Shown here: piece after piece, positions 31,407 to 32,000 of the stretch
How the letters are laid out: the number at the start of each line of letters is the position of its first letter
How positions within the stretch are numbered: position 1 is the stretch's first letter
DNA from: Mycoplasmoides genitalium G37
Lineage (GTDB): Bacteria; Bacillota_I; Bacilli_A; Mycoplasmatales; Mycoplasmoidaceae
DNA length: 32,000 bases
Direction of reading: 5' to 3'
Assembly (NCBI RefSeq): GCF_000027325.1
Contig: NC_000908.2
Span: 30,001 to 62,000, forward strand
Translations under genes and position numbers: made by a program
The notes under the pieces: generated by a model
The model's input: the letters and a program-made list of their open reading frames with translations, nothing else
Told to the model about the DNA's origin: nothing
Database searches by the model: none

Positions 31407-32000
31407 TGGATAAACTTAGATTAGAAGTTGAAAGATGGTTAAATCATCCTAATGTTAATTGGGAGTTAAAACAACAAATTAAGGAGTTGAATGAATCAGA
31501 AATTCAAGAACTTTTTAGTTTGGAAAAACCTTTATTTGGCACTGCAGGTGTAAGAAACAAAATGGCACCAGGTTATCATGGTATGAATGTTTTTTCTTAT
31601 GCCTATTTGACCCAAGGTTATGTTAAGTACATTGAATCCATCAATGAACCAAAGCGTCAACTACGGTTTTTAGTAGCACGTGATACAAGAAAAAATGGTG
31701 GTTTATTTTTAGAAACGGTTTGTGATGTAATTACATCTATGGGTCATTTGGCTTATGTGTTTGATGATAACCAGCCAGTTTCAACACCTCTAGTGTCCCA
31801 TGTCATTTTTAAATATGGTTTTAGTGGAGGTATTAATATCACAGCTAGCCATAACCCTAAAGATGATAATGGTTTTAAGGTTTATGATCATACTGGTGCA
31901 CAGCTTTTAGACACACAAACAAACCAATTGTTAAGTGATTTACCTTGTGTTACATCTATGCTAGATTTGGAATTACAACCAAATCCAAAGTTTGTCCATA
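31406..32000 (+). CDS. manB: Phosphohexomutase-family enzyme (phosphomannomutase/phosphoglucomutase type), N-terminal part (3' end outside the window)
   Basis: ATG 31406-31408 overlaps the cdd stop (TAATG). It has FGTAGVRNKM and the catalytic phosphoserine loop GINITASHNPKDDNGFKVY. The frame is still open at base 32000. Confidence 0.9.
   Translation, partial: MDKLRLEVERWLNHPNVNWELKQQIKELNESEIQELFSLEKPLFGTAGVRNKMAPGYHGMNVFSYAYLTQGYVKYIESINEPKRQLRFLVARDTRKNGGLFLETVCDVITSMGHLAYVFDDNQPVSTPLVSHVIFKYGFSGGINITASHNPKDDNGFKVYDHTGAQLLDTQTNQLLSDLPCVTSMLDLELQPNPKFVH

Noticed and set aside
1-32000. Reading the many short adjacent same-frame ORFs in the supplied track as pseudogenes or split genes (for example polC in 8 or more pieces, and hisS, aspS, glpK, potA, ffh).
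   Set aside because: All breaks are TGA codons, none are TAA or TAG, and homology continues in frame across each one. The joined lengths are those of normal full-length enzymes. This is translation table 4, not gene decay.
1-32000. A search for a novel defence, toxin or mobile system: CRISPR repeats, transposase or integrase genes, long direct or inverted repeats, MgPa-type repeat fragments, tRNA/rRNA genes.
   Set aside because: Essentially every base is accounted for by housekeeping genes with tight or overlapping junctions. I saw no periodic repeat array, no recombinase-like ORF, and no GC-rich tRNA-like segment in the five non-coding gaps. Claiming a new system here would not be supported.

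Overview
This is an AT-rich, very tightly packed Mollicutes chromosome segment that only reads sensibly under translation table 4 (UGA = Trp). Joining the fragments of the supplied standard-code ORF track across in-frame TGA codons gives 29 protein genes, two of them cut by the window edges. From memory, not a database search, the gene order and derived lengths match the Mycoplasma (Mycoplasmoides) genitalium G37 region around loci MG026-MG053. In order the genes are: efp', nusB, a membrane protein, a DJ-1/PfpI protein, upp, polC, a 666-aa secreted or membrane protein of unknown function, glpF, tdk, hisS, aspS, a NAMPT/PncB-type phosphoribosyltransferase, glpK, glpD(glpO), a BMP-family lipoprotein, ptsH, potABCD, tsaD, metK, a candidate 85-aa membrane ORF, ffh, deoD, deoC, deoA, cdd and manB'. 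I found no rRNA, tRNA, CRISPR array, transposase, integrase, phage gene or long repeat. I see no convincing evidence for a new multi-gene system; this is core housekeeping genome. The items most worth a second look are: (1) a roughly 200-aa Lys/Glu-rich coiled-coil insertion inside the PotA ATPase domain; (2) an A17 homopolymer bracketed by an inverted repeat in the polC/MG032 divergent intergenic region; (3) the two-part architecture of the unknown 666-aa protein; (4) the candidate small membrane ORF between metK and ffh; (5) five gene junctions where an in-frame TGA sits at or just before the downstream start, which looks like a relic stop codon. All coordinates were derived by hand from the sequence, and start codons are less certain than stops.
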